Assembly: GCA_049115695.1 (NCBI GenBank)
Contig: JAGDZR010000007.1
Location: forward strand, 27,895 to 91,894
Origin: Cyclobacteriaceae bacterium
Lineage (GTDB): Bacteria; Bacteroidota; Bacteroidia; Cytophagales; Cyclobacteriaceae
Reading direction: 5' to 3'
DNA length: 64,000 nucleotides
Shown piece after piece: positions 47,799-57,497 of the stretch. A program made the translations under genes and the position numbers. Below the pieces are notes generated by a model. The model saw nothing but the letters and a program-made list of their open reading frames with translations. It made no database searches and was not told where the DNA came from. The stretch's first letter is position 1, and each line of letters starts with the position of its first letter.

Positions 47799-48905
47799 AT
47801 GGAATCCAACCCGATAATGTTTAGGAAAATAGTAAAAAATAAAAGGTACCGTCTATTCTTATTGGCTTTCCTGGCCATATTGACTTACAACCTTTTGATA
47901 GTAGCATTGGTTGAGTCTGAAAAGTTGAGTCGACAATCAGCGTTAACGACTTATGAAAATGCCTACTGGTATTCCATCGTAACACTGACGACAGTGGGTT
48001 ACGGGGATCTTTTCCCAGCAACCACTTACGGGCGGATTATAGGCGGAAGCATGGTTTTGCTCAGTATGGTATTCTATGCAATCATCATTGGCGGTATGTC
48101 CACCATCATCACTAACTTAAAAGAAAGCAGAAAATTGGGATACAACGGTACAAATTACAAGAATCATGCAGTAATCATTGGCTGGAATGATTTTGGCAGT
48201 ATGGTAACGGATCAGTTACTTGGAGTCAATAAAGATGTTGCTATTGTTACATCGAATAAAGACGACATTGATTCAATCAAAGACAAATTTCCAAGCAAAA
48301 AGATCTTTACGTTATTCAGCGATTTCAAAAGTTATGAGATCCTACAGAAGGCAAACATTGAGTCATCTTCTATTGTTTTTGTCAATCTTCCGGATGACAC
48401 TGAGAAATTGGTCTACATTCTGAACCTGAGAAAAATATACCCTGACCTTGAGTTTGTTGTAACGCTCGAAAACATCGATCTTAAAAATACGTTCATAAGC
48501 GCTGGTGTAACTAATTGTATTTCCATACACGAAATATCAAGTAAGCTATTAGCCAGCTATTTATTTGAACCAGATGTTGCCGAGTATTCTGAATCAATCA
48601 TGTCCTTCGCGAAAGCAGATAGTGATTATGACATCAAACAATTTCTGGTAACACAGTCGAATCCCTACATCGGAAAGTTGTATCAGGATGCATTTTTCGA
48701 TCTCAAAACCAAATACAATTCAGTCTTGATAGGTATTACGAAACGGGATAAATATGGCAACCGCAAAATGATCAAGAACCCACTAGGTGACTTGAAAATT
48801 ACGGCCGGTGATTATTTGATTGTAATTCTCAATGGAAAAGCATTTAAGCTTCTTAAGAAACGATTCAACGTAGATGAGGGGTATATCAGCAATAGGATAA
48901 CATAA
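47799..48905 (+). CDS. two-TM potassium channel with RCK (TrkA-N/C) gating domain
   Basis: Pore helix plus selectivity filter SIVTLTTVGYGD, and Rossmann VIIGWNDFG. Alternative starts are the TTG at 47796 and the ATG at 47817. Confidence 0.88.
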   Translation: MESNPIMFRKIVKNKRYRLFLLAFLAILTYNLLIVALVESEKLSRQSALTTYENAYWYSIVTLTTVGYGDLFPATTYGRIIGGSMVLLSMVFYAIIIGGMSTIITNLKESRKLGYNGTNYKNHAVIIGWNDFGSMVTDQLLGVNKDVAIVTSNKDDIDSIKDKFPSKKIFTLFSDFKSYEILQKANIESSSIVFVNLPDDTEKLVYILNLRKIYPDLEFVVTLENIDLKNTFISAGVTNCISIHEISSKLLASYLFEPDVAEYSESIMSFAKADSDYDIKQFLVTQSNPYIGKLYQDAFFDLKTKYNSVLIGITKRDKYGNRKMIKNPLGDLKITAGDYLIVILNGKAFKLLKKRFNVDEGYISNRIT

Positions 48906-49360
48906 TGATGAGAATAGCCGGAATTTACACCGCACTGATTCTAATATTTGCTAGCTGCGAAAACAGATCTTTGACAGAAGGTGAAAAATTTGCCCCAAAG
49001 GAGATTCATGAGAATAAAACGTTTCACTTTGATAAAATAAATGTCGATGGCGTTGAATACCTCATCCTCGAGAAGGACAACAACAACCCCCATGAGGGTT
49101 TTGGATTTATGGCATTTCGAGCCAATAAGTTGATTGAAAAACAAGATTCCATTCTAGCCTACATGAAAACCCTCATCAAAGTGCAGTCAATTATGCTGTC
49201 AGAAATTAAAAACATTTCTCAAGTTCAGGCTGATGACATTGTCGGAGAGATTTTGGTCGGAAATCTGGAAAAAGAACTAGAGGAAATTTATCTACTGGAA
49301 AATTCAAAGCTATCCAGCGGGTCTGATAACGAAGCAGACTCAACTTCTCAGGAAGAATAA
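48905..49360 (+). CDS. hypothetical lipoprotein
   Basis: 151 aa with lipobox LIFASC. Its ATG overlaps the channel stop (TAATG). Confidence 0.6.
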   Translation: MMRIAGIYTALILIFASCENRSLTEGEKFAPKEIHENKTFHFDKINVDGVEYLILEKDNNNPHEGFGFMAFRANKLIEKQDSILAYMKTLIKVQSIMLSEIKNISQVQADDIVGEILVGNLEKELEEIYLLENSKLSSGSDNEADSTSQEE

Positions 49361-49394
49361 AGCCCTGGCAGATAAAACCAAGGCTTGATTTTTT
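49360..49394 (+). terminator. rho-independent terminator
   Basis: AAGCCCTGG (49360-49368) pairs with CCAAGGCTT (49378-49386) with one mismatch, followed by GATTTTTT. Confidence 0.55.
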
Positions 49395-49413
49395 ATTGCG
49401 TAAATGATATCAA

Positions 49414-50046
49414 TTATTTGTTTGCAAAATAGGTGCGTAGCTCCTTTAATGCTTTGGATGTTGGCTCGTCTATCTGAGGAGAATTCACAATATCCTTTGC
49501 AACTTTCACCGCATCTATCAAATCATCTTTATCGCTAAAAACTTCATCCAATATTTTACAATCATAAATCAGTGACATCAATACCACGAAAGATGCAGGA
49601 GCTTTTGCTTTTTTAAATACAATGGCATGCATCGCATTTCGAATTTCCTGCTCGAATGCATAATTGGCATTGCCCATTCTTTCGCTTAGCGGAATCCAAA
49701 GCATTTTGGTTTCCTCACGCTTAAGAATGCCTCTGTGAACCAGAAGCTCGTCGATATCCGTTTGTAAATCCTTGAAGTCATGAGCCAACGTTTCGATTTG
49801 ATCAATCAACCCTACCCCACTTCTAATCTTCTTGAGAATCTTATCCAGGACACCATTACCAAGCCCTGTTAAATCCTCAACCTTAATTCCTTCATCAGAT
49901 AAACTGATTCTTTTATGAATATGTAACTCTAATATAGCTGCACTGATCAATCCGGGAATAATCGTCCTTTCGGCAGCCGAAAGCAATCTTCCCTCCTCAT
50001 CATCCAGTGCAATCAAATACAGACCTTCAGCAATACTAAGTTTCAT
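49414..50046 (-). CDS. GPP34/GOLPH3 family protein
   Basis: 210 aa. MKLSIAEGLYLIALDDEEGRL...GLISAAILEL...FVVLMSLIYDCKILDEVF follows the GPP34 family pattern known from actinobacterial homologues. Confidence 0.7.
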   Translation of the reverse strand: MKLSIAEGLYLIALDDEEGRLLSAAERTIIPGLISAAILELHIHKRISLSDEGIKVEDLTGLGNGVLDKILKKIRSGVGLIDQIETLAHDFKDLQTDIDELLVHRGILKREETKMLWIPLSERMGNANYAFEQEIRNAMHAIVFKKAKAPASFVVLMSLIYDCKILDEVFSDKDDLIDAVKVAKDIVNSPQIDEPTSKALKELRTYFANK

Positions 50047-50125
50047 CTGGTTATGTGTTTTTACGTTATAAAGTATTAGTTGGTGGTATTAACAAGCGTA
50101 AGTGCACAACCTAATAGCAATTTAC

Positions 50126-51430
50126 CTAATCGTCTGCTCCGGCGTTCTTCAATAGCAAAGGAATCGTTAATCCCTGTACCAATATGGAGAACACAACACA
50201 GCAGTATGTTGCAAATAATATAATTTCTTTTGCTTCCTGAGGAATCTGAGTAATATCCGATAAAGAAAGCGCAAGTGCTACAGAGATTCCTCCCCTTAGA
50301 CCTCCCCAAGTTAAAATCTTGATAGTACCCGGTTCGAACTTCCTGAAAAAGGACATGATTCCAATAGGCACTGATACGCCTATCAAACGAGCGCAAAGCA
50401 CGATCGTAACACCAACAAATCCCACAAGAATCATATCTGATGAGAATGTTTTGGCAATGACTATCATTTCCAAACCAATCAGGATGAACAATATGGCATT
50501 CAATGCTTCATCCAACAAATGCCAAAACTTGAAAACATATTCGCCTGTCGCATTGGCTAGATTTTCGTCTCTACCCTCATTACCAATGAAAAGTCCCATT
50601 ACAACCATTGCTAATGGTCCTGACACATGAATAAGTTCAGCAATTCTTCCTCCAACCATCACAAGCGTTAAGGTTACCAGCACTTCTAATTCTACATGAT
50701 CGTTATCGATAAAGTTGAGTAATCTAAATCCAAGAAATCCAAAAAGACCTCCCATCAACAATCCACCAATCACTTCAACACCGAAAAGTTTAGCAACTTC
50801 ACCAGCACCAATAGCAGCCTCCGCTGCTTCCTCGTGACCTCCACCCCCATGCATCGCACCTGGAGCGGCAATCCCAAGTATGGTCAAAAACACAACCACA
50901 CCTACACCATCATTAAATAATGACTCCCCCGCAATCTTGATTTCAAGATTTTTAGAAAGATTAAATTTCTTAACAAGTGCTAATACGGCTATCGGATCAG
51001 TAGGAGAAATTAAGGCTCCAAAAAGCAAGCAATGAATGATCTCCATTTCAATACCCATCATCGGAAAGATGAAGTACACACCTGCTCCAACAACGAATGT
51101 CGAAATTAATGTACCAAAAGCCGCGAGAATAATAATAGGCAAACGCTCCTCCAACATCTTCTTAAGGTCCATGCTCAATGCTCCGGCAAAAAGCAGAAAA
51201 TTCAACATCACATTTAGCAAAACCTCCTGAAAATCAAATTCCTCAATAATATGTTCAGCCCCTCCCGTGACACCTGGAAACACCATTCCAAGCAATAGAA
51301 TCACAACTGACATCATTAATGCAATGGCCATAAGACCAATAGTTGAAGGCAATTTTAAAATTGTAATATTGATCAGCGTAAAAACTGCCGCCATGAATAT
51401 TAGGAGAGTGATAAGATCAAGTATGCTCAT
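50126..51430 (-). CDS. Na+/H+ (cation:proton) antiporter, CPA1/NhaP type
   Basis: 434 aa and polytopic. Has the ISPTDPIAV and ESLFNDGVGVV motifs typical of NhaP-type exchangers. Confidence 0.9.
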   Translation of the reverse strand: MSILDLITLLIFMAAVFTLINITILKLPSTIGLMAIALMMSVVILLLGMVFPGVTGGAEHIIEEFDFQEVLLNVMLNFLLFAGALSMDLKKMLEERLPIIILAAFGTLISTFVVGAGVYFIFPMMGIEMEIIHCLLFGALISPTDPIAVLALVKKFNLSKNLEIKIAGESLFNDGVGVVVFLTILGIAAPGAMHGGGGHEEAAEAAIGAGEVAKLFGVEVIGGLLMGGLFGFLGFRLLNFIDNDHVELEVLVTLTLVMVGGRIAELIHVSGPLAMVVMGLFIGNEGRDENLANATGEYVFKFWHLLDEALNAILFILIGLEMIVIAKTFSSDMILVGFVGVTIVLCARLIGVSVPIGIMSFFRKFEPGTIKILTWGGLRGGISVALALSLSDITQIPQEAKEIILFATYCCVVFSILVQGLTIPLLLKNAGADD

Positions 51431-51573
51431 TGGTGATAATTGTGGATTAAGCCCATAATGTTGTTGGAACGACCAAAGTAAAAATAAAAATATTACAAAA
51501 AAAAAGGTGTCCCTATATAAATGAGACTGTTAATATTGTCCAATTTATTGACAAAAGTACAATTTCCGGCTGA

Positions 51574-52848
51574 ATGAAATATTATATCTCAAAGTACTTC
51601 CTTTTATTATGCGTAATTAGCATTTCCTGTACACCCTTTCAAAGGGTTAGACTACAGCAATCGATTAAAGGCTCTGATAACTATCAGGACTATTTTATTG
51701 GCTTTCAACTCTACGATCCAATGACCGGCAATATCCTGGCTGAGCTCAATAGTGGCAGGTATTTTACCCCTGCGTCTAACACAAAAATAATTACACTGGC
51801 GGCATTCCTGGATCTTAATAGTGATTCCATCGCCTCTTTTAAGTATGATCGCATCAACAATATTTTGTATCCACTAGGTGACCCGTCTTTTTTGCATGAG
51901 GATTTTGTCATACAAAATAGCTTCAATCAATTATTGAAATCAGATAGCATCAATTTGGCCAGTGACAATAAAGGTGTTACCCCATTTGGACCCGGATGGG
52001 CTTGGGATGACTATAATTATGCCTATCAACCAGAAAGATCTACGCTTCCAGTATACGGAAATGTATTAACCATCCACAAGAAGGGTGAAAATCTTAGTAT
52101 GATTCCTGATTTTTTTGAACCCTATGTAAATCTTCACAGTACTTTCAACGGCAGAGCCAAAGATCACAACCTATTTCATTTTGCCGAAAGCAACTACTCA
52201 AAAGACACCATTTCGAGATACATTCCATACACCACTTCTCAGGAAATGATTGGCGCCTTGCTCACTGACACACTTAAACAAAATGTTCGATGGGTGGATG
52301 CACGACCTGTTCGTCATCTCGAAACCATTTACAACACGCCTGCACTACCTGTATTAGCCACTATGATGTTACGCAGTGACAATTTCCTGGCTGAACAACT
52401 ACTCATCAATGCTCGACTAGTGAAAGGATTTAATACCGAAAGTGAATACTTTGAGTATTTACAAAATACAACTTTTCAAAATTTACCTGACCCTTTGATC
52501 ATTGAAGATGGCTCAGGGCTGTCCAGGTACAACATGAACACACCTCGTAATTTTGTGAAAATATTGGAGAACATCTATTTTCAGCTTTCGTGGGATGAAA
52601 TCACCACAATATTTCCAAATGGTGGAGTATCAGGCACAATCAAAAACTGGTACGGTGGAACGACTCGGCCCTATGTATTCGCTAAAACCGGAACCCTAAG
52701 ACACAATCACTGTTTGAGTGGGTTTATTGTGACTGATTCAGGTCGCGAGTTGATATTCAGCTTTATGAACAACCACTATATCAATGGCACTACGGAGGTG
52801 AAAGAATTTATGCAGCAGACGTTGGAGCACATCAAAAAGAGTTACTAA
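51574..52848 (+). CDS. dacB: D-alanyl-D-alanine carboxypeptidase/endopeptidase (PBP4, peptidase S13)
   Basis: 424 aa with SxxK (ASNTK), SxN (RSDN) and KTG (AKTGTL) motifs in the correct order. Confidence 0.85.
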   Translation: MKYYISKYFLLLCVISISCTPFQRVRLQQSIKGSDNYQDYFIGFQLYDPMTGNILAELNSGRYFTPASNTKIITLAAFLDLNSDSIASFKYDRINNILYPLGDPSFLHEDFVIQNSFNQLLKSDSINLASDNKGVTPFGPGWAWDDYNYAYQPERSTLPVYGNVLTIHKKGENLSMIPDFFEPYVNLHSTFNGRAKDHNLFHFAESNYSKDTISRYIPYTTSQEMIGALLTDTLKQNVRWVDARPVRHLETIYNTPALPVLATMMLRSDNFLAEQLLINARLVKGFNTESEYFEYLQNTTFQNLPDPLIIEDGSGLSRYNMNTPRNFVKILENIYFQLSWDEITTIFPNGGVSGTIKNWYGGTTRPYVFAKTGTLRHNHCLSGFIVTDSGRELIFSFMNNHYINGTTEVKEFMQQTLEHIKKSY

Positions 52849-52851
52849 AAA

Positions 52852-52886
52852 AGTCCGACTTCAGGTATGCAAACTGAAGTCGGACT
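52852..52886 (-). terminator. terminator of the RND efflux operon (13-bp perfect stem)
   Basis: AGTCCGACTTCAG (52852-52864), a 9-nt loop, CTGAAGTCGGACT (52874-52886). On the minus strand it is followed by TTTTT. No U-tract follows on the plus strand. Confidence 0.75.
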
Positions 52887-52902
52887 AGTCATTTCCTTAA
52901 TC

Positions 52903-54267
52903 TCAATCATTGTACGTTTCAACTAACCCGCCAGTTAGACGCATTAGGGCAACATGTGATTCTATTAGGCTATACAGCGCCTGCAATTTTAAAGTGGCTG
53001 CACCTAGGTAGTTATTTTGTACAACCCGATAATCAAATGAATTGATCGATCCACTGCGAAACTTATCACGAGACAGTTCCAGATTTATTCTGGCTACTTC
53101 CTCTCTTCGCTCATTGATATCGTAAATCTGTTTTCTGGTATTGTATAGATCAAGTGTTCTTCTCAAGTCACGATCCATTGACAACCTCATTTTATCCAAT
53201 CTCAAGTTTCCAATATCTTCCTGAATCAGCGCATTTTGTATAGCGCGATTGATTCTACCTCCATTGAATAAAGTAAATGAAAGTGATAGACCAAGAGAAT
53301 ACTGATTACTAACCTGGTTGATCCAATCTTCAGGACCAGGCACAAATTCTCCTCCCTGAAAGAATTGAGCCTTACTTAAATTCACATAGCTGGAATTAAG
53401 TCCGCCTCGACCATTAAGCATCAGGGATGGATATCTATCTGCTCTGGCTATTTCGGTGTTGGTCGCCAATACAGTTTGAGTAATGAACTGCTTCTTTAAA
53501 TCAACATTTGCCGCAAGCATTTTCTCTTTGAGTTGATCGTAATTGTAAGCGGGGTTCTCAAACTCCAATGTTGCTGGAAAATCGTAATCCTTATCCAGAT
53601 CTGACTCAGCCATCAATAGGTTTAACGCACGTTTCGCATCCCTCAATACCTGCTGTTGCGCGATGTAGTTAAGCGAGTCGGTCAGATAATTACCCTCTTC
53701 CACTAATCGTTCCTGTGCCACGGCACTACCCAGGGCCGATTTTACTTTGATATAATCAAACTTATCACGAGACAACTCCAGCTGCTTCTCCAATTCGCTC
53801 AGTCGTTGATTATGAGTTACTACATTAAAGTAGCCCAGTACGATAGCCTGAAGTGTGTTGGCGATTACAACAGAGGCATTCCCTTGAGATTCAGCCATTA
53901 GCTGCTCAAACCTGCGTTTGGTCATGTTCACTTTGAACCCGTTGAACAAAGTCCAATTGACATTCAATGCGGGGCTAACCCCGACAGATTGTGTAATTCC
54001 TTGGGCCTGAAAAGGGCTGGCAGTTTTAACGTTATCAGACAAAGCACCATTACCACCTACTTCCAAGGTTACACCCGGATATCGTCCGGCTTGTCCCCAT
54101 GCATTATTGTTCTGATTGATTTCAACAGTCTTGGCCTCAATCCGAATATCATAATTCTGATCTAACCCTTTTTGAATAGCATCTGATAGCGTTAGTGATT
54201 CCTGAGCGAAAGTTGCACCAGTCATTGTTACAATGACCAATGCGGTTAACATTATATTTTTAATCAT
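52903..54267 (-). CDS. TolC family outer-membrane efflux protein
   Basis: 454 aa with a signal peptide and a duplicated OEP repeat structure. It is the last gene of the MFP-RND-OMP operon. Confidence 0.9.
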   Translation of the reverse strand: MIKNIMLTALVIVTMTGATFAQESLTLSDAIQKGLDQNYDIRIEAKTVEINQNNNAWGQAGRYPGVTLEVGGNGALSDNVKTASPFQAQGITQSVGVSPALNVNWTLFNGFKVNMTKRRFEQLMAESQGNASVVIANTLQAIVLGYFNVVTHNQRLSELEKQLELSRDKFDYIKVKSALGSAVAQERLVEEGNYLTDSLNYIAQQQVLRDAKRALNLLMAESDLDKDYDFPATLEFENPAYNYDQLKEKMLAANVDLKKQFITQTVLATNTEIARADRYPSLMLNGRGGLNSSYVNLSKAQFFQGGEFVPGPEDWINQVSNQYSLGLSLSFTLFNGGRINRAIQNALIQEDIGNLRLDKMRLSMDRDLRRTLDLYNTRKQIYDINERREEVARINLELSRDKFRSGSINSFDYRVVQNNYLGAATLKLQALYSLIESHVALMRLTGGLVETYND

Positions 54268-54279
54268 TTTATTACTTCT

Positions 54280-57200
54280 TTAGGCTGACTCTCTATATTC
54301 TTCGAGTCTTTTCTGATCCAAAATCACTCTTTCTACTTCCTCTGCAGTTGGTTTCTCTCCAGTCCATAACCATTTAGTATATCTTCTGATATCATTCATA
54401 ATCAAGATGAAGACTGGGAAGAACAAAAGGATAATGAACGTACCGATCAAGACACCATAGGCAACAGATATTGCCATTGGGATTAGGAACTGTGCCTGGA
54501 AACTAGTCTCCTTAATCAAAGGATACAAACCCAAAACAGTCGTCAGCGATGTTAAGACAATCGGCCTGAATCTTGAAAGGCCAGCATTATAGGCTGCCTG
54601 ATAAACTGTTTGACCCTCATTCTTGATTAATGAATTGTACTTGGCCAAAAACACAACCGCATCATTGATGATCACTCCTGATAAGGCCACCATTCCCCAC
54701 ATACTCAACAAGGATACAGGAAACTCTCTACCGGAAATCCACGACTCAACACCATGTCCCAACATTGCGCTAAACCATCCAAGCGGAATCATACCAATGA
54801 TTAACAACCCCTGATACACAGACCTGAAGGTTAGCATTAGAATGAAAAAGATCAATACAAACGCGCCACCGAAGTACAACATGACTTCATTCATGGCTCT
54901 TTGACTTTCCTGCGATTGTCCTCCAAAATCAATTTTAACAGAAGGAAAATTGGCCTTCAATTCAGGAATCACATTCGCTTCGATACTCTGCAGGATCGGC
55001 GGAACATCCCCCATTGGATCAATCATCTCTGCCTCCACAGTCACCGCTCTGGAAGCATCATAGTGACGAATTCCCGAAAGGCCCCTTTCGACGCGATAGT
55101 CAGCAATTTGAGTCAATGGATACTCTCCACCTGTTGTGGTTTTGATTTTCACATCTTCTAACTGACCAATGCTTGCGCGTCCTTCTCGTGGATATCTCAC
55201 CCAGACACGCAATTCATCATTGCCTTTCATAAAACGCTGAACTTCTTCACCGAAATATCCTTGACGCACCTGACGGCTTATTTCATTATGATTCAATCCC
55301 ATGAAGTAAGCTTCATTCCTAAGATCAAATAACATTTCCCTTCTGCCTATGGCTTGATTATCCTGTATCTCTTTCAACTCAGAATACCCACTAAGTTCAG
55401 TTTTAAGATATGCGGTGGCTTGCTCTAGTTCTTCGTAATTCTTGCCAAGCAAACGGATTGAGACGGGCTTACCAAAACGATTACCACCTCCGATACTGTA
55501 TTTTTCAGCCTCAGGAACAGGACCAATCTTTTCTCTGATTTTTGAAATCAAATCATACTGGTTGATCCCGTATTTATCCAACTCTTCATAGAAGACATTA
55601 ATAGACCCGGCATGACTACCGTTTTCTCCATCCTGAGAATAACCAACATTGGTGATCATTTCACTAATGATATCATCCTCAGTTCCAAATTCTTCCATCA
55701 ATTCGCTGTTCACGTCAAAAATGGCTCTTTCAAATTTCACCAAATATGACTCCACTTTGCTTTCATGTTCGCCAGGTTTGAAGGAGATATTAACATTGAA
55801 GCTATTGAAAGGAATGTTAGGAAAGAAAGTCGATCTAATCTGCCCACCCATTAAGAGTCCAATTACCAGAATCACAAAGGCTAATGTCGCAGCATAAGAT
55901 ATCGGCTTATACTTCATTGTGAACTGAAGCATGCTTCCATAAATATCATTTTTCATCCAATTGATGAATCCATTGATTTTGGATCTGATCGCATAGCTAC
56001 GCGTATCTTCTTTCTTAACGCTCAGTACTTTTTTACTTGCCAAGTGAGCCGGTAATACCAGAAATGCTTCAAGCAATGAGAACGCCAAACTGAAAATCAC
56101 AACAATGGCCATATCCTTGAGGAATTCAAAGCCGCCTGTCAATAACAGCAAAGGGGCAAATGCTACGATAGTTGTCGTCACAGATGTAGTTACAGCGGGC
56201 AATACTTCCATCGTACCGTTGATCGCTGCAGAAACTGGATTTTTGCTTTTCTCGAAGTGCGAGTAGATATTCTCTGCAATCACGATTCCATCATCTACCA
56301 GGATACCGATTACCAGGATCATCCCAAAAAGAGAGATCATATTGATAGTCAAACCAACGAAAGAACCCAAAATAAACATCCCCAGAAAAGAAGCTGGAAT
56401 ACCCCAGGCCACCCAGAAGGAAAGTCTTAAGCTAAGAAATGTCCCAAGCGCCACAAGTACGAGCAGCAATCCAACCACTCCATTGGAGGTAAGCAGATCA
56501 AGTCGCTGCTGCAGCATGCTCATAAAATTCCATGCAACCACTAACTCTACGGCCTCATTGCGCTCATTGAACTCATCTACATACGCAGTTACTTCCTCAG
56601 AAATACTTTGAAGATCTTCATTCTCCAGTTTTCTGACTTCAATGAATGCTGCCATCTCTCCATTCAGAAAACTTTTATTTGGTTGATCTGCAAACTGTTC
56701 TTTGATTTCTGCTACATCTCTGAGCAATACTTTGCTACCATCAGGATTACTCCTCAATACAATTTCACCAATTGCAGCAGCATCTGTTTGTTTGGCTTTT
56801 GAACGGATCAAAATCTCCTCACTTGAGGATCTGATCGATCCTGAAGACATGTCTCTGTTATTGAATCTAACTGCGCTGGCGACCTGATCAAAGCTCATAC
56901 CATATCGACGTAGATTCTGCTCTGTCACTTCAATAGAAATTTCCAACGGAGGCCAACCAGACACCTGCACCTGACTAACAGCAGGTAACTTGAGCAGATC
57001 ATCCTCAATTTCCTCGGCAAACATTTTCAAAGTTTTCAGATCAACATCACCGGTCAATCCTAACCACTGCGCGGTAGATCTTTGTCTTTGCTTATAAATA
57101 ATGGGCTTTTCAGCCCCAGCTGGAAATGAATTGACACCATCTACAGCATTTTTAATTTCAGTGTATATCTCATCTATGTCATAGTTATCAAGTGTAATAA

Positions 57201-57486
57201 CTGTGATGCTAGCAGAATTTTCAGCTGATGTAGAAAACATCTCATCAATCCCCGGAATACTTTTAACCGCCTCCTCTATTTTGAGCGTCACGCCTTCCTC
57301 CATTTCCTCTGGAGAAGCACCTGGATAAGCTACGCTTACCATAACAGTCTTATCCGATCTTAAAGGAAAGAATGATTTGTTGGTTGTAAGAATACTTGTG
57401 ACTCCTCCGATGAGTGTAATCGCGATGACGATGTTGGCTACAATCGGATACTTTACAAAGTATTCAATTAGATATCTAAAAGACAT
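54280..57486 (-). CDS. RND efflux transporter permease (AcrB/CzcA superfamily)
   Basis: 1068 aa with a 12-TM RND architecture and two large periplasmic loops. Confidence 0.95.
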   Translation of the reverse strand: MSFRYLIEYFVKYPIVANIVIAITLIGGVTSILTTNKSFFPLRSDKTVMVSVAYPGASPEEMEEGVTLKIEEAVKSIPGIDEMFSTSAENSASITVITLDNYDIDEIYTEIKNAVDGVNSFPAGAEKPIIYKQRQRSTAQWLGLTGDVDLKTLKMFAEEIEDDLLKLPAVSQVQVSGWPPLEISIEVTEQNLRRYGMSFDQVASAVRFNNRDMSSGSIRSSSEEILIRSKAKQTDAAAIGEIVLRSNPDGSKVLLRDVAEIKEQFADQPNKSFLNGEMAAFIEVRKLENEDLQSISEEVTAYVDEFNERNEAVELVVAWNFMSMLQQRLDLLTSNGVVGLLLVLVALGTFLSLRLSFWVAWGIPASFLGMFILGSFVGLTINMISLFGMILVIGILVDDGIVIAENIYSHFEKSKNPVSAAINGTMEVLPAVTTSVTTTIVAFAPLLLLTGGFEFLKDMAIVVIFSLAFSLLEAFLVLPAHLASKKVLSVKKEDTRSYAIRSKINGFINWMKNDIYGSMLQFTMKYKPISYAATLAFVILVIGLLMGGQIRSTFFPNIPFNSFNVNISFKPGEHESKVESYLVKFERAIFDVNSELMEEFGTEDDIISEMITNVGYSQDGENGSHAGSINVFYEELDKYGINQYDLISKIREKIGPVPEAEKYSIGGGNRFGKPVSIRLLGKNYEELEQATAYLKTELSGYSELKEIQDNQAIGRREMLFDLRNEAYFMGLNHNEISRQVRQGYFGEEVQRFMKGNDELRVWVRYPREGRASIGQLEDVKIKTTTGGEYPLTQIADYRVERGLSGIRHYDASRAVTVEAEMIDPMGDVPPILQSIEANVIPELKANFPSVKIDFGGQSQESQRAMNEVMLYFGGAFVLIFFILMLTFRSVYQGLLIIGMIPLGWFSAMLGHGVESWISGREFPVSLLSMWGMVALSGVIINDAVVFLAKYNSLIKNEGQTVYQAAYNAGLSRFRPIVLTSLTTVLGLYPLIKETSFQAQFLIPMAISVAYGVLIGTFIILLFFPVFILIMNDIRRYTKWLWTGEKPTAEEVERVILDQKRLEEYRESA

Positions 57487-57497
57487 GTGGTATATTT

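Noticed and set aside
50325-50345. GGTTCGAA T-loop-like motif that might suggest a tRNA.
   Set aside because: It lies inside the antiporter CDS, and no acceptor or anticodon arms can be folded around it. No intergenic region in the window is long enough and structured like a tRNA.
50076-50396. 106-aa minus-strand alternative-frame ORF at the 3-prime end of the antiporter gene.
   Set aside because: It overlaps the strongly supported polytopic NhaP frame and has no independent support.
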